From assembly GCA_964016885.1 (NCBI GenBank), contig OZ024745.1:75888001-75952000 (forward strand): DNA of 64,000 nucleotides. Direction: 5' to 3'. The notes under the pieces are model-generated. The model was not told the DNA's origin. It made no database searches and saw only the letters and a program-made list of their open reading frames with translations. Shown here in pieces: positions 12,113 to 25,036 of the stretch. The DNA comes from Eledone cirrhosa. Taxonomy: Eukaryota. Each line of letters begins with the position of its first letter. The stretch's first letter is position 1. Made by a program: the position numbers and the translations under genes.

Positions 12113-12986
12113 GTAAGAGAATATAATTTATGACCCTGTCATATTTATTTCCGTTTCCATTGTTCCTGTTTTAATTGAATAACTGTTGCGCGAAATGATC
12201 GAAGTGTCTTTCACATTACAGGTAGAATTCCATTCTCTTTATTTTAACGTTTCTTTGATGTCTTCTTGAGATTTTAGTTATAATTTATACGTTTATCTTA
12301 GTCTACAACAGACCTTGAACTCTTGTCGGATTAATACATATGGCTATGTTTATATTTACAACGCTTATTTGATATAACTATAGTTATTGTATCACTTTGT
12401 CTTAAGAGTTGCGTCTGTAATACGTAAAAATATACACAATATAAACATTCAAATGGCCTGATTGTTTGACTTGCAGAATTATGACAAATACAAAATGTAT
12501 AAACCAGATGAAAGATTGAAATCAAAAGATAAAATAAGTTAAATGGAACAGATCGCATACTTCCTTGCCTTTTTGTATTGATAGTTTAGTATTTTTGTTA
12601 TTGAATAATAATAGTAATGACTTCTAATACGAACATAATCATTTCTAAACAATGTTACACTAGTTTTTAATCATTGTAATCAGAAGTTTTAGATATAATC
12701 ATATTTAGATACCTAACCAACTTGTTGAAATACCTACTCGATGATTTCTCGTGTTCATTTACTACCAGAAAAAATGTGTTCATCTACAAAACTGTCCTGT
12801 TTGTGAGTCAACTTCAACACACGAATACGACTACGTAGTTTTCCAAATACAAGTCTTGTCGCAAGAAACTTTGTGATTCACTAAAAGAAATATTTCTTTC
12901 TTGTCAGTTTTTCAATTACGTTGTTTTTATTAGACAAAAAGAATACAAATTATACACGAAAAAACAATTCTGTGCATTAAAAACAA

Positions 12987-13054
<68 letters not shown>

Positions 13055-13065
13055 ATATAGATATC

Positions 13066-13115
13066 GCTTCTGCAGGACTAGAACTGTTTCATTCGAAGGA
13101 AATCATCAGGAAAGC
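13066..13115 (-). ncRNA. Degenerate hammerhead ribozyme in a short pLTR-like fragment
   Basis: gct(t)tc-CTGATGA-t ttc cttc gaa t-GAAA-cag..ctg-C-A-gaagc. U16.1 appears mutated to C; (TA)n flanks. Confidence 0.5.
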
Positions 13116-13789
13116 CCCTAGTACCGTACTTACTGTGGTTACCTCTGATTGAACCCGGGACACACATACACACACACACACGTATATATATATATATATA
13201 TATAATTTTTCAGTATTTTTTTCTTTATTTTTATGCAATTACTATATTACTTTCATGGCAGACCACATGGATCTGTTCGGTCGGTGATTTATTCCAGCTT
13301 TTGGTGACGTTAAAAAAGGAATGAGATAAACCTCACTCGAAACAAGACGACTTAAAACATTCATTGTATAAGATCAACTGTAAAACGAACTAGGACGGGT
13401 TGCTTTTAAACTGTTTTATCGAGAAACACAACACACGGTTGATTTCTTAAATTAATGAACCTATACTTTCATTACTTTATCCAACAGTCCTTACCGAAAA
13501 CTTGAGAAAATTAAAACATACAGTTAATAAAGCCTGTTTGAAACACCATATCTTACCCTTGTTCACGGCACACGTATTTTACGAATTGCATCTCCTTATT
13601 TTCCTTCTATAATTTTCAAAATATGCGTTATAATATTGAATGTTTCAAAACTCTAGAAGATTTACTAAAAAATATTAGGATGGCTTAGTTTGTCTACTAT
13701 TTACTCCGCCGATACGTAATATTACCAGTTTGGTGTACCTTGTTTGCGCGCTGAAATTATTTTAATTTTTATTGAAATATAGAAACGAT

Positions 13790-14509
13790 GGTTATAGAAC
13801 ACGCCACTTAATTTCAGTAGGAAAAAATGTTCTTTATTTTTTTATTTTATCAACTAATTTAACGTCCAAGATTCTGGCAATCGACTTTTTTTCCGGAAGA
13901 GGGAGGGGGTGGATCTTCCTCGGAGTTTTCCCTACGATCTTTTCTTTTTTTGCACGTTATCAACTAATATGACCTACAAACCAGTCGAAAACCACTATGG
14001 AAAAAGGGGGCGAAAAGACCATCGGAGTTTCGTAGATCGACACGCCTCGCATTTGGTGGGAAATAATCTTGTTTTTTTCTGAACCTCTTAGATGACTGCA
14101 ATCGACTTTTTTTTCCGGGAAAAAGGTCGATTGGAAGCATCTAAGTGGTCTAGAAATAAAAACAAAAAAAACAAAAAACAAGGAAAGATAATTATTTCCC
14201 ACCAAACGCGGATCTACGAAACTCCGATGGTCTTTTCGCCCCCTTCACCCTATTTTTTTTCTACAAATCTAGTCGTTTGCGACTCGTTTGGTGGTCATAC
14301 TCGTTGATAGCACGCGAAAAAATAAAGTTGTTGGGAAAACTCCTAGAAGGGGATTATCCGGGGTGGGTTGACCTTACTTCACCCTCTCCGTTCTCTGGAA
14401 AAAAAGTTGATTGCCAGAATCTTCGAGGTTAGAATAGTTGATAGCACACGTAAAAAACCGAGGAAATGTTTTCCCCACTAAAAGTAGTGGTGTGTTCTAT
14501 AAATTTGCC
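13790..14509. mobile_element. Merlin-like MITE, second copy
   Basis: Same TIR family as 208-960; perfect 8-bp TSD gaaacgat at 13782-13789 and 14510-14517. Confidence 0.8.
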
Positions 14510-15271
14510 GAAACGATTCTTAAGGTTCGCCAATCATTACAAATATAGTTTGGTATTCGATAAATTTGTAACCAATGACTGGTGCACATGGTTTATTTTT
14601 AATATGACGCTGAAGCTTTGGTTTTCGTATTTGAAATATTTGCTATTTATCATATCGATTATAATTTTCTTAGATTTAATATATATATTCTTTTCAATCT
14701 GCAAATCTATATATTTTATTCCTTTGTTGTATTCTTTCACCGGGATATTAAGCTAATCTATTGACCTAGAATGCTTGGTATGAGTTGGGTTAATGGAAGC
14801 GTAAAATAATTTTCCAGCAATAATTGTCATACATACTCTTTGTTATTGGAATTATTATACTATATATATATATTTTTTTTAACAAAAGGACGATAACTAT
14901 CACAACATTAAGGTAAAGCTAGTGTGTGTCCACACACTTTACCGCAGATATTTGTTTTAAAATTAGTTACAGTTTGACTCAAACTAAGCTCATCAGGCCT
15001 GAGTGTGTTCTGCTACATTAGCGTTAAGCGATTGGTGCTCATAGTTTTTCAGCTGCGTGGACTGAAACAATGTTAAATAGTATTTTGCTCATGGTTATAA
15101 CGTGCTGCTTGGTTTGGTAATTGAGATCAACACCTAAAACATTAGGCATCTACAAACTTCAGATATGAATTAATTTTCCCAGCATTAATTAAAACTGAGA
15201 TAATATACATATATTTTAATTCCAACTACAGTAGAAACCACTTATAATCATAGATAGGTTTCTGTTATATA

Positions 15272-16985
15272 CTAGGTATGTTCAATAAGTAATGAGAAAA
15301 TTTCAGGAGAGGCATTAAATATTCAATTAGAATGCCACTTCGTGGCCAAGTAGACTTATATATATAATGTATAAAGTGACTAACTGGCAACTTCCTATCT
15401 GCCTAGTTTGGAGCATAGTGGCATACATGGTACAAACAGTGTGATCCAATTTGCCAATCTGTCAACATGTGACAAGATGCAGAGAAACATGGAGCAATGC
15501 TACACTAAAGTTTTGTGCTAATATAGAATGTTAGAGGAGGCCTATGGAGGTGAATTGATGAACAAAGCAAGTTTCTACAGATGATTTTCTGAATGAAATG
15601 AACGGTTTGAGGATGAATGCAAATCTGGAGCACTGAACAGTGCAAGAAAGGAGGAAAACATTAAGGAAGTGCAAAGGTTAGTGATGCAAGACCATTGAGC
15701 TAATGTGAGGATGATTGACACATTGGAGATATTGCTGAACAAAGATCTGGAACTCCACCAAGTATGTGCCAAATTCATGCCAAAGATCCTCTCTGATGAC
15801 CAGAGGCAGTTTCATAGGGAATGTTGCACTGACATTTGATATGATAAAGGCTGATTCTGGTTTCCTGAAGAAAGTAGTGATTTGTGACAAGATTTGGGTG
15901 TTCATCAATGACCCTGAGAGCAAATGTCAGAGTGACCTCCCCCAGGCCCAAGAAGGCAAAGATGAGCAGGTCACAAGAGAAGGCCATGGTCATTCCTTTC
16001 ATCAACTCCCAGGGGCTAATTCACTTTGAATGGGTTCTCTTGGGAGCCAAACTGTCACTAAGGAGTATTTCTTTGAAGTTTTGAAAAGGTTCAGGGAGAG
16101 TATGAGGAAAAAGAGGCCACAGCAGTGGAGAGTGGTGGTTCAATCAGGACAATGTTCCATACCACAAGTCATTGCTAGTTACCAACAGGGGAATGAAAGT
16201 GGTACAACACCCATCCTACAGTCCTGATCTGGCTTCTTGTGACTTCCTGTTCCTACAAATGAAAGACAGCTTCAAGGGAATCAGATTCAAATCAACACAA
16301 GAGCTGAAGGAGGCTGTGGCAAATTTCCTGATGGGACTGCAGAATGACTGGAGGAGATCTTCCAGGAATGGAGAAGATGCCTATGCAAGTGTGTAGATGT
16401 AAGAGGTCATTATTTTGAAAATGTTCAGGGAGAGTATGAAGAAAAAGAGGCCACAGCAGTGGAGAGTGGATTGGCAGTATCGGTAGGGTGTCAGACAAAA
16501 TGCTTTGCAGCACAGTTATGGCCCTTTACGTTCTGAGTTCAAATCCTGCAGAGGTTAACTTTGCCTTTCTTCCTTATGGGGTTGATAAAATAAAGCACCA
16601 GTAATGCACTTGGGTAATTGCTGGCCTTATGCCAAAAGTAGAAACAATTATTTTGAAGGAATCAAAGTTTTGTAATCATTCATCATCATCATCATTTCAT
16701 TTTACGTCCGCTTTTTCCCTGCTTGCAAGGGTGGGACGGGAAATGATTCTGGATTGATTTCTACAGCTGGATGCCCTTCCTAACACCAACCTCATTTACA
16801 GTGAATGCTGGGTGCTTTTTTGCCGTGGCATCTCCACGACCACTTTGCAGTGGAATGATAGGGACCACAGTCCCTATCATCTCATTTCTACAGCTGAGTA
16901 AACTGGAGCAATGTGAAATAAAGTGTCTTGCTCAAGGAAACAACAGAAAATAAATGTCTCCTGAAATGTTCTCATTACTTATACA
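15272..16985 (+). mobile_element. Degenerate mariner transposon with two nested SINEs (16455-16650 +, 16681-16945 -)
   Basis: TIR ataagtaatgagaaaatttcaggaga (15285-15310) / tctcctgaaatgttctcattacttat (16957-16982); motifs VICDKIW and HPSYSPDLASCDFLF in broken frames. Confidence 0.85.
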
Positions 16986-17230
16986 TACATATATCCTTTA
17001 AAATGGTTTGCATTTGGAGGCTACATAGGGTTGAGAGGATCCTTTAGTCTTGTGTAGAAGACAACTAGCCATAGAAACCATGCCAAAAAAACATATAAAT
17101 GAGGCATGGTCCTCTGATCAATTTAGTGGATTCTAATGACCTGTCCAATTCTATATCAGCATGTAAAGCAGATGTATTGATATATATTAAGAATGATAGG
17201 GAAACATTATACTTAAGTATTATTAAATTA

Positions 17231-17632
17231 ATTAGCAGAAAAACCACCCGGAGGGTGGCTTTCTGCTAGCATGTGTACTGAGCATACAGAAATCGAACGA
17301 AACTGTGTTACACTGTCTTATGTAATCAGTAACGTAATCCATGATACATTAAAAAAGGACGATATTATATGTAATCTGCATTAGGAGAAAATTAGTGACG
17401 GAAATATATGAATGTTTATTTAAGCGATCGCTAACTGGAAGTGTTGACATTTGAAAATTTTAAAGAAGTGAATCTTAAAAAATAACCAACAAAATTATTT
17501 ATATTTAATCAAGAATAACGAAATTTAGTAGATGTAATATTCATTCATTATTTATTCAAAGTAATCCAACTTTACAAACGGGAAAAAAAAATATTCTGGA
17601 CGCAGTCCTGCACTCCTTACTTTATTATAGTT
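17231..17632 (-). mobile_element. Possible short non-autonomous Helitron
   Basis: GC hairpin ccaccc-gga-gggtgg extended by tagcagaaa/tttctgcta at 17233-17268 with a CTAR end; Helitron-like 5' motif ctataataaag on the minus strand near 17630. Confidence 0.4.
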
Positions 17633-17949
17633 TACATTGCTAAATCAAATATATGAGAGTTAATATTCTTGCATCACAAAAGTAGTTTTACATTTTTTAT
17701 ATATGCATGTAGTCTCAGAGTAAAAACAAACAAAAAAATCTTTTATTTGAAACTCTTGTACGTATGAACTTGAACTTCATCAGAGGTACTGGGCTATTTC
17801 AATCATATCAGACATCATTTCAGAAGCTGGTTTATATCCTGTCTCAGCTTAGTCACACAAAGGTCACCATAGAAAATTAAAGTATTAAGTTAAATAAACT
17901 GTAAAATCAAATGTCTGAGTTCATATCATTTTCAAAAAAAAAAGAAACA

Positions 17950-18780
17950 CTTAAAAATAATTTCTAAACTAAAAAGAACAAATCCTACAAGATCAAATCT
18001 AAAACAGTTCTCTAAAGCACAGAAGGAATTAGCCATGGAATATCAAAAAGAGCTTTATATTCAAAAACAAATCGACAACATCAAAGTTTCTATTGACAAA
18101 AAACAATAAAAAAAATTATTAATGAAGTAAGCAGAAGAAAGAGCTCCTCAAAATCCAAACTGAAAGTGAAGTTGAAAGACTCTAACTGTGGAAAAATCAC
18201 TTTAAAAACCTACTTGGTAATCTACCTGAAATTAACAACTTTGAAATTAGAAAGATCATTCACCATCAACTCATCATGCAACTTCTGGAGTTTTCTTTGG
18301 GTGAGTTGGAAGCAGTCAAAATTGTTGAAGAACAGAAATGCAGCTGGTTTGGATGAAATCCTGCCTGAAGTTTGGAAAATAGGGAAATTTAATGACATTC
18401 TTCTTTAACTCTGTAATGTTATGTACCATGAAAACTATATAGAGAAATGGAGTAAAGAAGGCATCCTCCCGTTTCCAAAGAAGGGAGATCTCAGTGTCAC
18501 CAAAAACTATACGGGATTACTATCACCTCCATATCTCCCAAAGTTTACAACGCCATGCTACTCAATCATTTCTGGTTGGAGATGGAAAAACCAAAATGGC
18601 TTTTAAAGAAATAGATCAACATCCACCCAGATTCTTACAGTCTGAAGAGTTATTGAAGGCGTTCGTGCAAGGAACCTGAAAGCAGTACTATTTGTTGACT
18701 TTTCTAAGATCTTTGACTCAATATACAGAGGGAAAATGGAAAAAATACTTCTTGCATACAGTATCCCAGAGGAAACTCAA
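17950..18780 (+). mobile_element. Degenerate RTE-X/Proto2-like LINE RT fragment
   Basis: Motifs AAGLDEILPEVWK, ILPFPKKGDL..TKNY, NQNGF and FVDFSK.FDSI in shifting frames. A 3' part of a similar element lies at ~47590-48300 (YADDI). Confidence 0.65.
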
Positions 18781-18784
18781 TGTC

Positions 18785-19330
18785 ATCATAGAACGAAGTG
18801 GTGGCTGTGAGCAGATGGGGAAGGCAGCCAATCTTTTGTATAGTCTGAAGATCGGCTTTGATTGACCAGGTCAGACACTTTGGTTAAGTCAATGAAGGTG
18901 ATGTAGAGTGGCATTTGTTGTTGATACTTCTACCGTAGCTGGCATAGGAAGATCATGTCTAGTTGACAGGCCAGCTTAGAAGCATCACTGTGACTCTGGG
19001 TAGAAGCAAGTGGCTAACGCCTGTAGGTGTGCCATGCTGATACAAGCAAATGCCTTACTGAAATGCTATGAAGAGAGATTCCTTTGTAGTCGATACAGTC
19101 TTTGTGGTTTCCTTTATTCTTGTACAAGGCAATTATATTGGCATCATGAATATATTTAGCCCTGTGCCAAGTCCAACTCCTCCATGATAGCTTGGGATTG
19201 TGTCTAGGGCGGTGTCATTGACCACATTCTGAGTTGCATACAACTCAAGGTAGTGCTTAACCCAGTGTTCTAATTGCTTCCCCTGGTCTGTGGTAATTTT
19301 ACCCATCTTGTAATTATAACTGACGATCTT
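18785..19330 (-). mobile_element. Degenerate RTE/BovB-like fragment
   Basis: Minus-strand remnants LYKNKGNHKDCIDYKGISL, LYITFIDLTK, LEHWVKHYLELY. Confidence 0.6.
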
Positions 19331-19449
19331 GAGACAATCAGAGAAAATGATTAATACTGCTATGTTCAATGGAAAAAATAACGTTAGAACCACTGTAACT
19401 TTCCAAGGATCATAGTTTAAAGGAGATAGCTATTAAGTTTCCCTGGAAA

Positions 19450-20444
19450 TACTCCATCACATTATGGCAGACTGAATGAGTTGGCGTAATAACCCAACGG
19501 AATTTAAGTGTCTGCATATGCCACTGTTGTAACCGATTTTATATATATCTCCACCATCTTTCCACTCCCACCCTGCCTCTTTTTCAAGCACGCACTCAAC
19601 CATTGAAACCTCCTTGTCCACAGTTCTTTTCCTCCCTCTGATCCTTCTGCTTTCGACTCCACTGCTACACATGCCATTACATCAACAACACTACCACCTT
19701 CCATGGGCCCAACAACCAATCCTTCCGCGTCCTGGACTCCTTCCGCTGCACCTCCTCTAGCCTTGTCTATGGGCACCACTGCACACTATGTGGAGCTGTC
19801 TACATCAGACAAACTGGATGTCAATTGGTGGACTTGTTCGCCAGACACTTCTCCTAACACACGCTTTAAAATACACTCACTCACTCGAGACCTGTGAAAA
19901 TACACACTCACATTCATAGAAACAATAGAAAAAAGTCAGACATACCCAAACATAAACACACACACAAAAGCTTCCCTCTACAGATAGTACAAAGCCACCA
20001 ACACATACGCAGACACTCACACTCATCCAACACACACGTGAAAATATACACACAAAAATGTACATACTCATCAGGCAGGCACATTCACACACAATTGCAT
20101 GCCTTCACATACATAGAAACAACAGAAAAAAACCCCACCGCACACGTGCACACACACCAACTATTTAAAACTGAGACACCCACGTATTCAAACACAACTG
20201 AAGCAATGCACATCTACCAATTTCGTCCCTTTGGTACACATGCAGACAACAACACCCATGACACCCCTGTCCCCTCCACTTAGGTCCCAACCCCCAATGC
20301 CGAAACTTTTGCATCATTCTCCTCCCAACCCTTTTCCTAACTTTCACACATTTTCCTGATGAAGGGCTCCTATCTGAAATTTCTTCCAAGCGTACATGTA
20401 ATATAACTAATTTTGTGTTCCTGTCTTTGTTTTGTTTCCTTTAT

Positions 20445-20450
<6 letters not shown>
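19450..20450 (+). mobile_element. Penelope-like element (Neptune type) 3' relic with GIY-YIG remnant
   Basis: ~19700-19850 reads SFRCTSSSLVYGHHCTLCGAVYIRQTG..L.DLFARH (GIY-YIG with CxxC); decayed HHR-like CTGATGA...GAAA at 20356-20379; ends in (TA)n. Confidence 0.7.
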
Positions 20451-20490
<40 letters not shown>

Positions 20491-20493
<3 letters not shown>

Positions 20494-20840
20494 TCATCAT
20501 CATCGTTTTACATCCGTTCTTCCACGCTAGCATGAGTTAGACGGGTTGTCCGGTCGGCTGACTTTGTCTTACTCATACAGGAACTGATTCTGGCTTGATC
20601 TCTACAGCTGGATGCCCTTCCTAACACCAACCTCATTTACAGTGAGTGCTGGGTGCTTTTTTTTGCCGTGGCACCTCCACAACCACTTTGCAGTGGAATG
20701 ATAGGGACCCCAGTCCTATCATCTCATTTCTACAGCTGAGTAAACTGGAGCAATGTGAAATAAAGTGTCTTGCTGAAGGAAACAACACATCACCCGGTCC
20801 GAGAATTGAACTCACAACCTTTTGATTGCAAGCCCAATGC
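20491..20840 (-). mobile_element. tRNA-derived SINE with RTE family B tail, fused to an RTE 5' half
   Basis: Same body as 25037-25370 but with tail acccgtctaactcatgctagc..(GAT)n; head truncated at the junction 20839-20841. Confidence 0.85.
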
Positions 20841-22960
20841 AACTATCCCTGACGGTCCAGCAGCCTTACCATTCTTCATTTCCTTAATTGCCTCTTGTAC
20901 CCTATATTTGTCAATCTCAATAGCTGGTCCCTCTGTCGGGTCTACTGGGGGTAATTTCTTTTTCTTCCACATTCATCAGTCTCTCATAATGACATTTCCA
21001 GGCCTCCCTTTTTTTATCATTCGTGACACTAAGTACACCGGCATCATTCCAGACACACTTATCCAACAATATCCTAATTTTCACTGACACACTGCTTTGC
21101 AATGCGGAACACCGCACGTCTCTGATCTCCCCATCGCAGAACATTGGCAAATCTCTTACTCTCAGCCTCCCTGCATGCTAAGTACACCTGACTTCTAGCT
21201 TATCTCTTAGCGGCTGTGTATCCGTCTCTACCACCATTTTTCCAAGCTTTCCATGCCAATCTTTTGTCTCTAATGGCCTATCTACCGTGCTGTTCCACCA
21301 CCAGGTCACTCTCTGTCTGGTTGAAGCTCTGCCCCAACCACAAGTTTCTTCAGTTGTCACACAAGAAATTCCAGTTATCATTTGTCATGCAACTCTAAAT
21401 CGTCTTCTTTTTCGTCGTACACATCTTGAAAGGCTTTGCTAAATTTATATTTTAATGAAAGGTCTTTTAGCTTCCAGACCTTTCTTTTCCACACCTTCTG
21501 TATGTCTCATTCTTTCTCTTGCTTACTGAGATATCACTAACGATTAACCTATGCTGTGGGGTACATTCTTCCCCAGGGTATGCCTTAGTATTTGACACCA
21601 TCCGTCTGTCTCGCTGTCTAACTAGCAGGAAGTCAATCTGGCTTATGTGCTCGCCTGATTTGTAGGTTATTAAGTGGTTGGTAGGCTTCTGGAAGTTAGT
21701 GTTGCAAATGGTTAGTGCATTTGCATCACAAAACTCAAGAAGCCTCACTCCTTCATTTCTTGAGCCGTAACCGTGCCCACCATGTACCCCAGTGTATCCA
21801 TCCTGGAGCTGTCCAACATGTCCATTGAAGTCTCTGACCTCTATCATTGAGGCTGTCTGTAAAGGTTGCTCGTAAAAGCCGTCTTTCTCTTCTTTACCTA
21901 GGCCTGCCTGGGGAGCATAAGCAGAGATGATTGTCAGTAGTCTCTTCTTGCCTACAACTAACCTAAGCTTAATTATTTTATTACTAACTCTAACTACCTC
22001 TATTGCTTTATTGATCACCACTCAGCTAGTAATATGCCCACCCCACCTAACCCATTACCACCCAGAAAAGCTGATAAGTACGCTGTTTGCCTGCGATTAG
22101 TCTTGCAGAGGCACCTCTCCATCTCACCTCTTGCACACATCCACATGCTTTCACTCTAACATCTCCGCTATCTCACCAGATCTACCTGTTAGTGTGGCAA
22201 CTCTGAGATGTGACGTCTCGTTCTTTTTTTTTTTCCTGTTGTGCGATTGCTTGATGACGGTCGTGGGGTTCTCACATATGGCCTCACTAGCAACCCCACT
22301 ACCGTGCACAGCCCTAACAGGGTTAGTGTTATTGCTGTTTACGCAGTTGTTTTTGTGCGATTGCTTGATGACGGGTTCTCGCACATGGCTGCACCAGCCA
22401 CCCCACTACTGTGCGCAGCCCTAACATGGTTAGTGTTATTGCTGTTTACGCAGTTGTTGCAAATTTCATTGGTTGCGCTCATAGTTTTTGGCAGTAGTAT
22501 ATATACTGGTTGGATGCCTTTCCTAACACCAGCACCACTTTACAGCATGGACTGGGTGCTTTTATTCGTGCCACCAGCAATAGAGAGGTTGTCTTACTGG
22601 ACTAGGTGCTTTTATTCGTGCCACCAGCACTAGAGAGGTCGTCTTACTGGACTCAGAGGCCCTATCCACCCCTTCATTTTACAGCATGGACTGGGTGTTT
22701 TTATTCGTGCCACCAGCACTAGGAAGTTGTCTTACTGGACTTAGGGGACTTCTCTACCCCGCACCAATTTATTCGGAGTGGTAGCTTTCCTAGACGGGTT
22801 GCAAATTTCGGCTTACGGAGCCTCTGTCCATTCCTTGTCTGCTTGATAATATATTCACAAGGGAGTGGTTATCATACATCGTCGGGCATGTATGCCGAAC
22901 GTGGTGGAGGTGGGGCGGGTGTTAGGGAAATGAGAATAAAATATGGGTATACGCGCAAAT
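20841..22960 (-). mobile_element. RTE LINE 5' half (5' UTR, APE endonuclease, linker)
   Basis: APE motifs ISAYAPQAG, DFNGHVG, SQIDFLL, HRLIV; linker similar to 28951-29730; tandem modules in the 5' UTR at 22505-22745. Confidence 0.9.
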
Positions 22961-23034
22961 TTATATATTAACATTCACATTACATATATATATATATGTA
23001 TATACATATACACACACACATATATATATATATA

Positions 23035-24631
23035 TCATCGTCATCATCAACGTTTAACGTCCGTGTTCCACGCTTGCATGGGTTTGGACGGGGGTAGTCC
23101 CACTTGAGGCAAGAGTGATTGTCTTGCTCGCATAGGACTGTCTGGCAGGTTTTCTACAGTTGGATGCCCTTCCTAACACCAACCACATTTACAGTGTGGG
23201 TCTGGGAGGTTTTTACCGTGTTGCCTACACGGCCACATTACAGCGTGGACTGTGTGTTTTTTTGTCGTGACACCTACACGATCTCATTTGTTTCGGCCTG
23301 GATGGTGCGGCACCAACATAACTTTACATAGAACGGGGTGGTGGTGGTGGGACGGGGTGTATTTTGTTAGAGATGCCTACTGGCTGTAGTAGGTTTTACT
23401 ATGTATTTAGGTAAGGCGGGTCTTCTCTGTTACTGAGTACCGCCAAAGGTCTCGGTCCAGTGACATTGTCTTGGAGAGGTGTAAGTGTGTGAGGTCGCAG
23501 TTTATCAGCTCGTCCCAGGTTTTTCTAGGTCTGCCTATTCCGTGGCTACCGTCTATCTTTATTGCCCTGCACTTTGTTATACAGCTATCGACTTTCATGC
23601 GCATCACGTGTCCATACCAACGTAGCCTTCTCTCGAGTAAACAACATCTGATCCCTCTTATCTCTAATTTTTTTCTTAGTTCGTTTATGCTTTGCCGTTC
23701 ACGTATATTTCTGTTACACATCCAGCGGAGCATGCAAGCTTCGTTCCTCTCTAGTCTGCGTATATCCTCTGCACACAATGCCCAGGTCTCACTGCCATGC
23801 AACATTGCTGTTCGTATGCAGGCATCGTACAACCTGCCTTTCATTTTTAGGGAGAACCCTTTAGCAGCTAATAGTGGTATAAGCTCTCTGAACTTTTTCC
23901 AACCAGTTCTGACTCTAGCTACTGTACTTTCAGAGCACCCTCCCCCACTGCTGATTTTATAGCCCAGGTAACGGAAGCTGTCCACTATTTCTATAGAACC
24001 CTCTGCGCAATTGAAAGAGCTAGTATTTTGTGGGCACTTGCTGCTACTTATTGCACCAGAGCACCGGCCACATGTAAAATCTATGTTCTTAGTTAGCTTA
24101 CCTGTGATCCTACTACATCTTTTATGCACCCATACTTTGCATTTAGGACATAAAATGGAGTTTCTACCTACGCCTTTCCTACACACCAAGCACGACCATT
24201 TCCCAGAAGGGACCGCCGCCTTGTTTTCTTTCCTACAAACTAGAACTTTAGTCTTAGCCAGGTTAATTTTAAGTCCTTTTGATTCTAGGCCGTGCTTCCA
24301 TGTTTGGAATTTCTTCTCTAGCTCGGCCATTGATTCCGCTATGAGTGTCAGGTCGTCTGCGTATAGGAGTTCCCATGGGCAGCCAGTCTTGAACTCCTCT
24401 GTTATAGCCTGAAGGGCAATAATAAATAGTAGGGGGCTGAGAACAGAGCCCTGATGGACGCCAACTTTTACGCTAAACTCTTCACTATATTCGTTGTTAA
24501 TTCTAACCTTGCTGACTGTTTCTTTATACATGGCTTGTATAGCCCTCACAAGCCATTCGTCAACGCCTAGTTTTCTAAGAGCCCACCAGATAATGGAGCG
24601 GGGGACTCTGTCGAAGGCTTTCTCCAAGTCG

Positions 24632-24636
<5 letters not shown>
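23035..24636 (-). mobile_element. 5'-truncated RTE LINE family C; 406-codon open RT/C-terminal frame (23407-24627) plus ~370-nt 3' UTR
   Basis: EKAFDRVP, GVHQGSVLSP, LYADDL, PHD-like CxxC..CxxC.VH..C insert, GRPRKTW; (GAT)n tail; (TA)n on both sides. Confidence 0.95.
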
Positions 24637-24672
<36 letters not shown>

Positions 24673-25036
24673 AATCTCATGTGAACCAAAATGTTTGGAG
24701 ATACGAATGATAATAAACTTAAACTTATCTCAATGGATTTTCCACATCATGTTGCATATTCAACAAACATGACTTCCTGCGTTTAAGACGTGAGCGAATA
24801 CATTTCCGGATATATCAACATTTATATCAACACACACGCACATATATATATATATATACATATGTATGTCAGCGGTAAGCAGAAATAACAACACAATCGG
24901 TACAGCATATGGAAGGTATATATAAGGTTAACGCTTGATTAAGGCCACACGCATACATATATATGTGAGAAGGAAATATGGCTATACGCACAAATTTATA
25001 TATCAACATTCACATCACACACACATATATATATAT

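Noticed and set aside
12740-13560. Minus-strand mini-exons (acceptor near 13378, MNVLSRLVS, donor near 13555) suggesting an antisense gene
   Set aside because: I could not join them into an open, recognisable frame; may be chance or a lncRNA.
14965-15003. Minus-strand HHR candidate CTGATGA-gcttagtttgagt-CAAA
   Set aside because: G12 is absent and there is no convincing stem I or III.
22505-22745. Repeat-spacer-like array resembling CRISPR
   Set aside because: The spacers are themselves repeated, the context is a eukaryotic RTE 5' UTR, and there are no cas genes.
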